From the human T2T-CHM13v2.0 reference genome, Homo sapiens: a stretch of 64,000 bases of DNA. This document shows, in pieces, positions 1 to 11,910 of this stretch. Position numbers and translations under genes: made by a program. The first letter of the stretch is position 1; every line of letters starts with the position of its first letter. The notes below the pieces were generated by a model, which saw only the letters and a program-made list of their open reading frames with translations, was not told the origin of the DNA and made no database searches. Where the stretch lies: assembly GCF_009914755.1 (NCBI RefSeq), contig NC_060932.1. One strand, written 5' to 3'.

Positions 1-282
<282 letters not shown>

Positions 283-416
283 ATTTTTGTATTGCTTATA
301 GAGACAGGGTTTCATCATGTTGCCCTGGATGGTCTTGAACTCCTGGACTCAAGTGATCCGCCCACCTCGGCCTCCCAAAGTATTGGGATAACAGGAGTGA
401 GCCACCGTGCCCAGCC
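283..416 (-). mobile_element. Alu left monomer (older Alu, probably interrupted by the adjacent copy)
   Basis: tttttgtattgcttatagagacagggtttcatcatgttg...gtgagccaccgtgcccagcc directly follows the first Alu. Confidence 0.85.
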
Positions 417-1229
417 TCATTAATCAGTAATTATATAGACGAAATAAATTAGTGACCCACAGCTTGGTATGGAGAAATGTGAGGACTGGCCCTCTTGCCA
501 TGTCTTTTCTTCACTGGTTAGGCCTTGCTTGTGATTTAAGGTAGGACATGCACATGGGGAAGGAAGAAGCCAAGAGGGAAAGTCCCGTCCATTATGGGCA
601 GTTTCCTCATTTAAAATCTTTAATCCCACCTGTTCCTGAGCCACATCCATTTCCCCCAGAAGCCATTTCACTGACACATTTTCCAGCATCCAGGAATATT
701 CAAGGTCTCCCAAAGCTCGAGGTTGAAGCTTTTGGGGCCTGCATCCAAAGACAGCTTAGCCAAAGAACTCTTGCTTTAGCCAATGAGTGTTAAGTGTCAC
801 AGGAAGTATGAAGATTTCAAGGAGAAAGACACAGGCTGTTTCGGGTGAGTAGAATCACATAAGAAACAAATCACAGGTGTGTTGTTGTGCAGTTTTACAT
901 TTACAAATAATCGAAAGCTAATCATTCAAGCCCTAAGCCTTTAACAACTGCTGACAAATCTTTCTAAAAATTATTTCACAATTGGACTTTTCTTGCTGTC
1001 TCAGTGTGATCATTGTGTGTCATTATCTATATGGTATAGTCTCAAATATCAATGTCCTTAAATGTCATTGCCCCATATTGGTCTTTTTGGCCCTTAACTG
1101 AAAGTACCCATTCTGTAAAGCAATTCTGGTTAGCACTTTCACCCATGTGCCTTTGAGACAGAATCTGCACTTTCATCACTGCATCTGCTTCTTGTCAGTC
1201 ACCTTTATTAGGTTTCCTAACTCTTTGTC

Positions 1230-1375
1230 AGAGTGCAGCTTTTGGAGGCAAAGATGCCTAAGTTCAAAGTCTGGTTTACTCACTAGCAGCTGTGATGACC
1301 ATGGACAAGACATTTCGTCTCTCCATTCCTCAGTTTCCTTATCTGTAAACAATGGAGAAATAAATACACAAAGAT
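1230..1375 (+). mobile_element. MIR SINE fragment
   Basis: MIR core-like: cctaagttcaaagtctgg...cactagcagctgtgatgacc...cctcagtttccttatctgtaaacaatggaga. Confidence 0.7.
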
Positions 1376-1389
1376 GACAACAGCACCTT

Positions 1390-1903
1390 CCGGTATCAAA
1401 TAGGAATGCTTGCAACTGCAATCTAGAGTAAGCACAGTAACAGTCATTTATATTATAAGTACATTTATTATTCTCAAAAAGAAGTCAGAGGCAACAATCT
1501 CAAGGTTCTTCTACAGCTTAATGCTGTCATCAAAGATCCCAGGTCTGTCTTTCAGATGTGCCTTCTGGCTCTTCACCAGATGGCCCACAGTCAGGAAGAA
1601 AAAGGGAGAACCAACAAGCTCTCCTCTCATGTCTGATCCTGAAGATGCAAATGTTTTCCCAGAGTCCCTGCTTCCCAGCATACTTCCCCTTGCATCTCAC
1701 TGGCCAGAATTCAAGTCACATGGTCATTGCTGGCCACTGGGAAGGCTAGGAAACAAGTGTCCAGCAGAGAGGAGTAAGGTTATCAGGGTATTCTCAGTCC
1801 AACACTGAGTGGTACATTGGGTGTATTGCAAACTGAACAGTGGCAGAGTCATGTTAGTAAGAGGAGAGTACTATTTGGGGAGGCAATGGACAGTGTAGCC
1901 ACA
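1390..1903 (-). mobile_element. MaLR LTR (MLT1-type), diverged
   Basis: MLT1-like motifs (tgtcatcaaagatcccagg; cactggccagaat...gtcacatgg; gggaaggctaggaaa; ends gtagccaca). Confidence 0.55.
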
Positions 1904-2221
1904 TGACCCCCAAAGTACCTGTGAAGGTAAAATGGCTTATCTATGGAAAATGCTTAAATTAGACCCTGGAACAGAGCAATACATGTAGAAATCATCACCA
2001 CCACCACCATTAATACTTATATTATTAGCTTGCTGCTTCTCATTGCTTTAATAGATATGTGCATTTTCCCTCCATTTCTTTTCTGGTTTTCCTCCCACCC
2101 CATTCCTTTTGTTTCTGTTAGCTTTGCTTCTTAGCTTAGACACCATTAAGGCTTAGCTTTCATAGCTACTCGCCCAATAAAAGTGATACTTTCCTTTTAG
2201 CTATTGGGCTAACAACTAAAA

Positions 2222-2222
<1 letters not shown>

Positions 2223-2282
<60 letters not shown>
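2223..2282. repeat. (CA)n microsatellite
   Basis: Directly visible ~60-bp CA run. Confidence 0.98.
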
Positions 2283-2285
<3 letters not shown>

Positions 2286-2320
2286 TAAGCCAAGTACTGA
2301 GTTAAGAATTCTACATGTAA

Positions 2321-2638
<318 letters not shown>

Positions 2639-3385
2639 TAACACTTTAATTCTCAAAGTATTGTTATCATTATTGGACAGATAAGGAAACCAAGGTTGAG
2701 TATTGGAATCAAGGTGGCACAGCTAATAAATGGTGGATGGTGGAAGGTCTGCTGGGCTATACTTTAAATCACTGCCATTTCATACTGTGTTGTCCTCCTT
2801 TTTACTCCTTCAAAAGCTTTAGCATTATGCTAAAATTTTATGAATTTCTTATCTTATGGTCTTATGGCTAGCCTGGAAAATGAAAGGTTCAAATAGCAGG
2901 ATAAGTAGGATTTTAATGTAATAAGTAAACAAATGAATTAGTTTTCAGGAAGCAGTTGATGAAGAGCTTGAAATACAAGGCTGAGTATTTTAAACTTTAT
3001 CCTTAAGAAAATTGATATGGATTGTAATTTGTCCAGTATACTGTTGAAGGTTATGTTTGGGGATTACATCCCTTTGAAACTATGATGAAAGCTATAGATT
3101 CTCTTCCTAGGAAAACATATATATGCACATTCATTTGCAGATCATTTCTGGGAATTTAGTGAACCCCCAAAGAGCACATTCATGAACTCCTGGGATTAGA
3201 AAATCACAAATTCCACCTTCCATTTAATTCTTATGATTCCATAGTAAACCTTTCTCCAGAAAATCTGAAGTTGAGCTAAAAACAATATTTGCTGCATCAT
3301 ACCTTAATGAACCAAACTAGATAAACAACTGAAAAGAACACAAGCAGAACTAAAGAAAAAAAAAATTAAAATCTCTGTGTGTAGT

Positions 3386-3404
3386 TACTGCCACCTGCTG
3401 GTCA
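3386..3404 (-). promoter_or_regulatory. Candidate CTCF site
   Basis: Minus strand reads TGACCAGCAGGTGGCAGTA, a close match to the CTCF core CCASYAGRKGGCRS. Confidence 0.6.
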
Positions 3405-4075
3405 CACTTAGGTAAATCCTAAATCTACATTAATCAACTATTTTACTGCTAAGTTATGTGTTCTCTTACTGTTAAGTTTACTGGTAAGTTCTTTGTTAAC
3501 CCAAAAGCCTTATTGTTTTTCTAACCCCTCGTTTTGCTTTCTAATATGAATATATTATGAACCATTAGGCTGAACAATCTGTATTTTTGTAATTCAGTTT
3601 TTAAAGGCATCTTTATTTTTGTCTCCCACTCTTAAGTTTATGAATCTGTCTCTATTGTTTCAAAATTAATTTGGGTCTTCATCATTTCTCACCTATGCTA
3701 TTTCACTATCTTTCCAGCTGTTCTTTCTACTTTATAATACCCTCCATACAAAACCCACTGTGCCATCGGAAGGATCTTTTAAAATATAGCTCTAGCCACG
3801 TCACTCTCCCTGCTTTAAATCCTTCAGTGACTTCTCATTGCTATAGGATTAAATTCGCAGTCACCTCAACCTATGTTTTCAGCCAGCCTGCTTTCTTCAC
3901 TCCTTCAAAACATATTATGTAGACTTTTTCCTCCTTCGGGCTAGTCAAAGGACTGGAAGGAACAAATTTGTCTCACCCAAATTGGAAAAGAAATTTAAAA
4001 GTAAAACAAACAAAAAACCCTTGCAATTATGGCCAGAATATGGACTCTCAAACTTCATCCAGAGACAACAGGCAC

Positions 4076-4077
<2 letters not shown>

Positions 4078-4120
<43 letters not shown>
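4078..4120. repeat. (GT)n microsatellite followed by GA-rich tract
   Basis: Directly visible. Confidence 0.97.
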
Positions 4121-4121
<1 letters not shown>

Positions 4122-4729
4122 AGAGGGAGAGAGAGTTTGAAAGAGAGGGAGAAAGAGAAAAAAGAGAAAGAGGGAGAGAGCCACTAGGTATTGGCAAACT
4201 AGGAGTCAGTTGTATAGCAGTAGTGTGGTCCAAGTGACTCAAATGGCATAGAGCAGGACCCACACAAAATCTGTCAATACAGGAATGTTGTATGGCTAAG
4301 AATTTGGCAGAGGTATGGTGGTTGATAGGGCCAATCCTAACAGCTACATTTGAGGGCAAAGGCAGGTAGCATGCACTCACATTTTTCTGGTCCTAGCACA
4401 ACAGATGCTCAATAAACCTTTTTGAATGAATGAACACAATTTTGCAAAAGTTACATTTGTGATGTCTGCAATATACTGAGACTGTTTTCATGATGCAAAA
4501 CCAGAAAACTAAAAAAACAAACAAATAAACAAACAAAAACACTTATGCCTAACAGACATATTTAGAATAAATAAATTCTTGACAAATCTGTTTGATTTTC
4601 ATGCAGGCACCTTAGATTGTTTCCTCTATTAATGGATAAGATTGTTTCATACTACATATGGATATTAGAAAAGTTAGCTTGCATCTTTAATTTCCAGTAG
4701 CTAATTATGCCTTTTATTTTCCATTTCAG

Positions 4730-4807
4730 TATTTCTATACAGAAGCTTTCAAATGAATCTCGCTACATGATCTATGAGTTCTGGGAGAATAGTAGTGTAT
4801 GGAATAG
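4730..4807 (+). CDS. NECAB1: NECAB1 internal coding exon (C-terminal ABM-like domain)
   Basis: ccatttcag|T...AATAG|gtaagt; 78 nt, phase 2/2; ISIQKLSNESRYMIYEFWENSSVWN, recognised as the NECAB1 C-terminus. Upstream exons lie outside the window. Confidence 0.95.
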
Positions 4808-6035
4808 GTAAGTTGTGAGCAAGCCTGATTTTATGTGAAGCCAGGAAGGTGGCAATATGCATGATGTAATTTTAGGATTTGTAGGAAAGTTCCATTCTCT
4901 TTTACCTTACCTTAAAACCTGTCCCATTTGCCCATTACCATGAATTCTACACACTTTAAAAAATGTATTTAATAGCTTAGAAACCACTTCTCTCTTGAAG
5001 TACAAATACTTTTGGTAATGATCCCACTTTGAGTCTTACCATTTTACTGATGTTTTCAGATAAGAAGATATAGATAGGGGGTATGAGTGTCTAAAGCTGG
5101 TGAGGGTAGTGGTGGGGGTGGAGAAAAAGGATGGACAAAAGTGAGGTGGGAAAAAAAGCTTTACCTCCTAATTTTTCATAGGATAGTCTGTGCAGTTATT
5201 TTATTTTACAATAAAACTACATATAATTTTTAGAGTCATTGCAGCCCAATACCTTCTAAATGTCTTTAAACACTAAAAATAAAGTGGAAATTCAAGACGT
5301 TGTCAAAAATTAAAATAAATCAGCTTCTTTAAAAATTAAAATAATTACTAATAGCAAACAAACATATAATTTTAAAATGGAATGAAAGAAATGTTTGCTC
5401 TTCTGAGAGTATATAACAATTCCTGACAGTTTAAAATGGTACAGAGAATACAGCTCTCTAAATAAGTCCATGTTTAGGGTGTTAAATATGGTGATGGAAG
5501 TAATAGAATACCTGGAAATTCAGTTGATCCATGTTTCACCTAAAAGTTTTATTTTTGTGGCAATTTTGAAGGCACTTTGTGCTATAAGGAAGGCAAAATG
5601 ACACCAACAGTATTTCAGCCATAGAAGGAAACGAGGTAACTTATTCGACTCTGCTTCCAGGCCAACACTTTCACATAGCTTTTTAGATTTATTTTTATTA
5701 TCTAGAAATGTAAAATATACAGTCTGTCTTATTATCTATCTTGTTTTTAAACAAGATATATTTAAATTTGGTGCAATAAAATCTACTTTTTATCCTCTAA
5801 AAAAGTAATGTTCTCCTGGTTTAAAACCTTTTTAAAAAAGTTTCTGATGACAATTATTAAATTACTCCTGAGTCATTTTTGAAAGCTGAACAACCATTAA
5901 AAGAAGCTTGTATCCAGGAGCTTATTTAATCCAAATCATCCCAAACTTTGCCATCTTGATCAAATTTGATCTCTGCTGTACTTGGGAAGATTGTAAATAA
6001 AAATGCACAGCCTTAACCTATAATTATTTATACAG

Positions 6036-6127
6036 CCACCTTCAGACAAATTATAGCAAGACATTCCAAAGAAGTAATGTGGATTTCTTGGAAACTCCAG
6101 AACTCACATCTACAATGCTAGTTCCTG
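6036..6127 (+). CDS. NECAB1: NECAB1 penultimate exon
   Basis: tttatacag|C...CCTG|gtaatt; 92 nt; (S)HLQTNYSKTFQRSNVDFLETPELTSTMLVP; phase matches both neighbouring exons. Confidence 0.95.
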
Positions 6128-6489
6128 GTAATTATCCTGGGTTTACAATGCTTCTGTGTCCTTTGGATTTTTGTTTGTTTGTTTCGTAAAAGATAGTATG
6201 CTCTTTCCTTCTATATTTTATCAATGGTACTCTCTTATTTATTTCTTTATATATTTTATGATTTGAGATTGGGGGGAAGAAATAAAAGATCTATATATTT
6301 GTTCTATTTTGTCCTTAGTTGACCCTATTTGTATTCCCAGCTATACTGAACCATTAGTCATTTGCTAATCATATTAACAAACTTGAAGTACCACCAAATC
6401 ATATTTCAAAAAATTATTCAAATATTTTATCATATTGTAATTTAGTGTACTGGATACAATTTGTTCATCTACCCATCCAATTACTGATT

Positions 6490-7400
6490 AAATATATATT
6501 TACTGAGTATTAATATGTGCTAGGCATCAGGGTGTTTAGCCTAATTTACTGGTACTGATTGAGCTCCATTTCTGAACAAGCACTGTGTTGGGAGCTACAA
6601 AGGGTACAAACTAAAGGCAAAATCCCTACCCATAAAGTGCTTTCTGTCCAGCTTCACAGAAACGTTTGCAAAGACAAATTTTAGCAGAAAAAAAAAAACC
6701 CAGCTAAGGGAATAAAATAGCTGTCACCATTAGAGATAATATGTGTTTTGTGGACTTGGAGAAGTGATTACTTCTTTAATAGTTTTTAAGAAAATGACTT
6801 GAGCTAGTCCTTAAAAGATGAGATGTGGAAAAGTAAAGATGGAGAGGAAGGGTCCTTTGGTAAATTTGGACATGAACAAATGCAAGAAGTGTGAATGTGC
6901 TTTATAGGTGCAAAGGTGTCACTAAGGCATAAAACTTACAGTACAAGTGGAGACAGACGAGAGAGTAAGAAGTGAGGTTGAGAATGTCATAATGAGGCTT
7001 TTGAACAGCAACCTGGAGTAATTTAAAGTTTTGAAAGGGATGGTGACATGTTCTAATCAGTAATAACTGACAGGAGGGAGAAAGGTGGATGTCATGGAGA
7101 GGAGAGAGATTAACCAATTAGGGCAATAATCTAGGCCAGGGAAGAAAAAAAAAAAAACCTGCACCAGGAAATAGCCAGAGTTTGGGACTCCAGTTGCAGA
7201 TGTAATTTTCAGGAGTTAACCACAGCAAGATGATTGTTGAAGCCTGGGATTGGTAAGAAAGTATGTAGGTAAGAACAAAATATCTAAGAGAAGCTTGGGG
7301 AGATGCCTTTCTTTAAGCAGTGGAGTATCAAGGAAACCAAAAGAGTAAAATGCAAAGATACAGTGCTCCTGGGGATGAGTGGGGGATGTATAGTGTTATG
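6490..7400 (-). mobile_element. L2 fragments
   Basis: tatttactgagtattaatatgtgctaggcatc and the downstream purine-rich tract are typical of a reverse-oriented L2 3' end. Confidence 0.55.
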
Positions 7401-7419
7401 ATGTTATAAATGGGAGGAA

Positions 7420-7746
7420 GGCTGGGCACGGTGGCTCACGCCTGTAATCCCAGCACTTTGGGAGGCTGAGGTGGGCGGATCACAAGGCCAGGAGCTCGAA
7501 ACCAGCCTGACCAACATGGTGAAACCCCACCTCTACTAAAAATACAAAAAGTAGCTGGGCATGGTGGGGCATGCCTGTAATCCTAGCTGCTCAGGAGGCT
7601 GAGGCAGGAGAATTGCTTGAACCCAGGAGGCGGAGGGTTGCAGTGAGCCAAGATCGCACCACTGCACTCCAGACTGGGCGACAGAGCGAGACTCCATGTC
7701 AAAAAACAATAATAATAAAATAAAATAAAATAAAATAAAATAAAAT
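7420..7746 (+). mobile_element. Full-length AluS with (AAAAT)n tail
   Basis: ggctgggcacggtggctcacgcctgtaatcccagcac...gagcgagactcc plus A-rich tail. Confidence 0.96.
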
Positions 7747-8713
7747 AGGGAGAAAAATCTTAGAATACAACTTCTGTAAATATGACTGCTGCAAGCTTTG
7801 TACATAGAATGCAGGAAAGTGAGATCCACATTTTATTTATCTTCACATTCCCTACCCTATTACAGTATTACTATAGTACAGTATATGGCAAGAAGAAATT
7901 ATTTCCTAAATGAAGGAATGAATAGGACTTTGGCATCATCATAAATATATTGGTCTTCGGTCAAAATTTCCACGAAGTCCTGACACTTGTAATTTTTGTG
8001 TCTGTCATCACACCCATTTCCATCTCTCCCAAACCAATGTGGAAAGAAAGGAACAAAGCTTGTTCTTATTAGTGTCTTGAGTCTTTCCAGGACAGAAACA
8101 ACCTGATCAAAAATAGAGTAGGAAAAGAGGATAGAACAGGAGGCTACTGAATTATCAGTGAGGGGGAAAATGCTATAGCAAGAATTGAAAATGTGGACTA
8201 ATCTGATAGTTTTCTGACCCAACTTTATCATTATCTGGAATTATTTTCTAGACACTACTAGTGTCATTGGCACATATATTACTCTTTCTCTCTCAGAGCA
8301 TTTCCTAATTTAGAAAGAAAAACTGACTACAGATAAAACTGGATCAATTCTTGTTCTGTGAATCCAGGCTCAATACAATTTAATGTCTTTTAATTGCTGC
8401 CCTATTTTGTATTAATTTCATGTTACATTTAATTTCAACAATGATTACTGGAATTTCGTAGAACAAGAGGAAAAGTTAGGCTTGATTTTTGACACAATTT
8501 TAAAACCTACAACATTTTGACATTTATTGGGACATCCCACCTTATTTTAAAGTTTTATCACTGTGACAGCAGGCCTATTCCAGTAAGCAGAAGCTAGCAT
8601 ATAAATATTATTTATGGGTTTTAATGGCCATATAACTTCTAACACTATTTTTAAAAACCAGTTTTGTACATTTTGTGTTATAATGGTTATGAAGATTAAA
8701 AATAAAAATAATT

Positions 8714-9038
<325 letters not shown>

Positions 9039-9634
9039 AGCTGCACATATTTATACCTAAAATTAAAATCTGAAAGAAAAAAAGCAGATATTACATTTAA
9101 AAATGCAGTATGAATAAGTTTGTATTTCTAATTTTACTCACAAATTATGATTTCTGGTAAGATTGCTTTTTATGGTTAAGACTACTAAGTGGTTTACCTA
9201 AGATACATCTAAAGTAATTAAGCAACTAAGCCAGATTGCATCCAGATATGAAAATATACACTATAATATATTCCAATGACCTCTCAAGTATAAAATCATT
9301 CAAATGAAGCATACTGGAATATGGCAGCCCAAACCACCCAGACAAAAGGAGTATATAAACTTGGTCTGTGGAGCAGAATGTCCATTGGTAATAACAGAAA
9401 AACCTACGGTTATGGGAAAACAGGATACAAAAAAAAAGATCCTATTGCCAGCAAATTACTTGAACAGTTTTGAAAGCAAATTTCAATCCTTTCCATTTAT
9501 CTGTTTCTTACAGCATTCCACCAATCATACATCTTTGCCATTGGTTTGTTTTCAGGATATCTATATTCACTGGGATAAACATTTATAATTTTAACATACA
9601 GATATACTAAAATATTATTTATAACCTACTTGCT

Positions 9635-10027
9635 TATACCCAATATTTATGAGATCCTATGTGTATAAATATATGGTATTTATAAATATCATATAGGTAT
9701 AAATATATGTATAATAAATCACACATGTATTTATATGTATATTATATATTATACATAAGCTGCATATATTTATAAATATATGTATACATATGCATATATG
9801 TATATTATGTGTATGCATATGCATATATGTATGTGTATACAAATGCATATGTATTATATGTATACATACATGTATACATATTATATGTATATATTATGTG
9901 TGTACATATATGTATGTATATGTACACATGCATATATGTATATACATATATAAATGCAGGTGCATGTATGTACATATGTATAAATATATGGTATTTCTAC
10001 ATATAGGATTTCATAAATATTGGGTAT

Positions 10028-10073
<46 letters not shown>
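9635..10073. repeat. AT-rich alternating purine/pyrimidine tract bounded by a 30-bp inverted repeat, then (TA)n
   Basis: Arms 9635-9664 and 9999-10028 are reverse complements at 28/30 positions; TA/TG/CA low-complexity interior. Confidence 0.9.
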
Positions 10074-10077
<4 letters not shown>

Positions 10078-10411
10078 CTAACTACTGCCAGTGTTGGGTA
10101 GATTCTAATAAGAACAATAGCATGATTCTGTCTTCAGTGCATTTATAAACTTGTTGCCAAAACAAGTTCTATTCACATAGAACAGAAAATTTTAGACTGC
10201 AACAAAGTGCCAAAAGGTATGGTACAAATAACAAGTGCATAGGAAGAGTTCAATCTTGCCTCAAATAGTCAGGAAATGGTGACTAGAAAGATAAGTTATT
10301 ATGCAGACTAAAGGTAAGGGGAATGGTCTCTTTAGAAATAATTTGCACCTTGAACGTTCTTTGCCCTATAAGTTATTTTCATTATTTTAGAAAACATTTT
10401 TCTCTTTTCAG

Positions 10412-10437
10412 CTTCGTGGTGGATCCTGAACAACTAG
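10412..10437 (+). CDS. NECAB1: NECAB1 last coding segment
   Basis: tctcttttcag|CT TCG TGG TGG ATC CTG AAC AAC TAG = (A)SWWILNN*. Confidence 0.95.
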
Positions 10438-11865
10438 ATGTTCCTAGACATTTTCTTTATGGTTCCAAGTGCAAAACAGGTGTTCTTATCTAAAACGTCA
10501 ATTAGAAAATTATCTGCGGTTGTTAATCTACTGTATATTTTTGTTTGGTATATTTACTAAGTGCACTCTTTCAAAACTTATTCTATAACTTTATCAATTC
10601 ATGTGAATTTTAGCTCAATTTTCAAAGTTCACTAATATTCTCAATATTTAATGCTAAATGCTTTGCTACATTGTAACTCACCTAAAACCTTTTAGTGACA
10701 AAATCCTAATATGTGGAAAAAAGCATATGCATAAAGGAATAATATTGTGAAAATGAATCTGTTATGATAAAGAAAAAATAAAGTGGAAACTTTTAGAGTA
10801 TTACTTCATAGGGCAGATTTTGTAAACTGTCGTATACTGTAAAGGGTTAAATCAGCGTTTTGTGATTTTTAAGTAACTGTGAGTGAAGTTTATTCTTCAA
10901 CAATGTCTACTCCATCCCCAACCCAACTCACAGCCCTATGACTACTATCTTTGCATTAGTTAAAAAGTTAGTATATAGGCATCAAACAACCTTGGCTGTA
11001 ACCTATAGAATCTCTATCCATGTATCAGGTTATAGACTGGTTTTTCAAAAGTGAACAATCCTGTGATAAGTTGGAGTACCATTTAGTAATACAGCAACAT
11101 TGTGTCATTTATTAGCATCATAATTCTTTGTTATGTAAGTTAAATATATCAAGAAAGAAGAGACTGTTTGGAAAAATGTGGTTCAAGTTTTATGCTATAT
11201 AGTTTTGGTATGCGATACAGACAGCTAACTTTTCTTATGAAAAATACATATTTGCATGTAAACAATGATTTCAAAATACTTGAAAAATAAAATTTTAACC
11301 CAAATGAATAACTAAGAAATATAAAACAAGCACAAAATCTTAGGGAAGTCATAAAATAGTAGTGAAAGTATTAGACAGAAGACATCTGTTTTCGAATTTC
11401 AACACTAGAATGACTAAAACTATCTACCTATAGAACTATCTGTAGATAGTATACTATCTACACTCTGCTCAACAAGCTCAGAAATTAAATATTTTTAATA
11501 ATAAAAATCTGTTCTGGTTATAAACCTTGCTAATGAAAATACAATACATATAAAAATGTATAGCCATGTTATTTTCTAGTATAAATTCCTTTGAAACTAT
11601 AAGTCTTTGAGGAAAATTATAAGGTAAAATTTTCCTGTTTTTCCCCCTTTGAAAAACTCAGGAAAAAAGGAAGATTGAACTAATAAAATTTTATTTCTTA
11701 AATATAAATTTGACCTAAAATATTTTCTCAAACTAATTCATGAAACAGCAACTTTTACCAATACCTTTGTATACTCTCAGTTCTCATTCAGTATAAATAA
11801 AATTTTAAAATCCTTTCATAGTTCTATTAGAAATAAGTAGTAAATTTTGATATATTGTACATACA

Positions 11866-11868
<3 letters not shown>

Positions 11869-11908
<40 letters not shown>
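11869..11908. repeat. (GT)n microsatellite within NECAB1 3'UTR
   Basis: Directly visible. Confidence 0.97.

Positions 11909-11910
<2 letters not shown>

Noticed and set aside
702-740. Imperfect inverted repeat aggtctcccaaagct...agcttttggggcct
   Set aside because: Too short and irregular for a pre-miRNA; plausible by chance.
9657-10101. ORFs rich in C/I/Y/H/M
   Set aside because: Artefact of TA/TG simple-repeat sequence.
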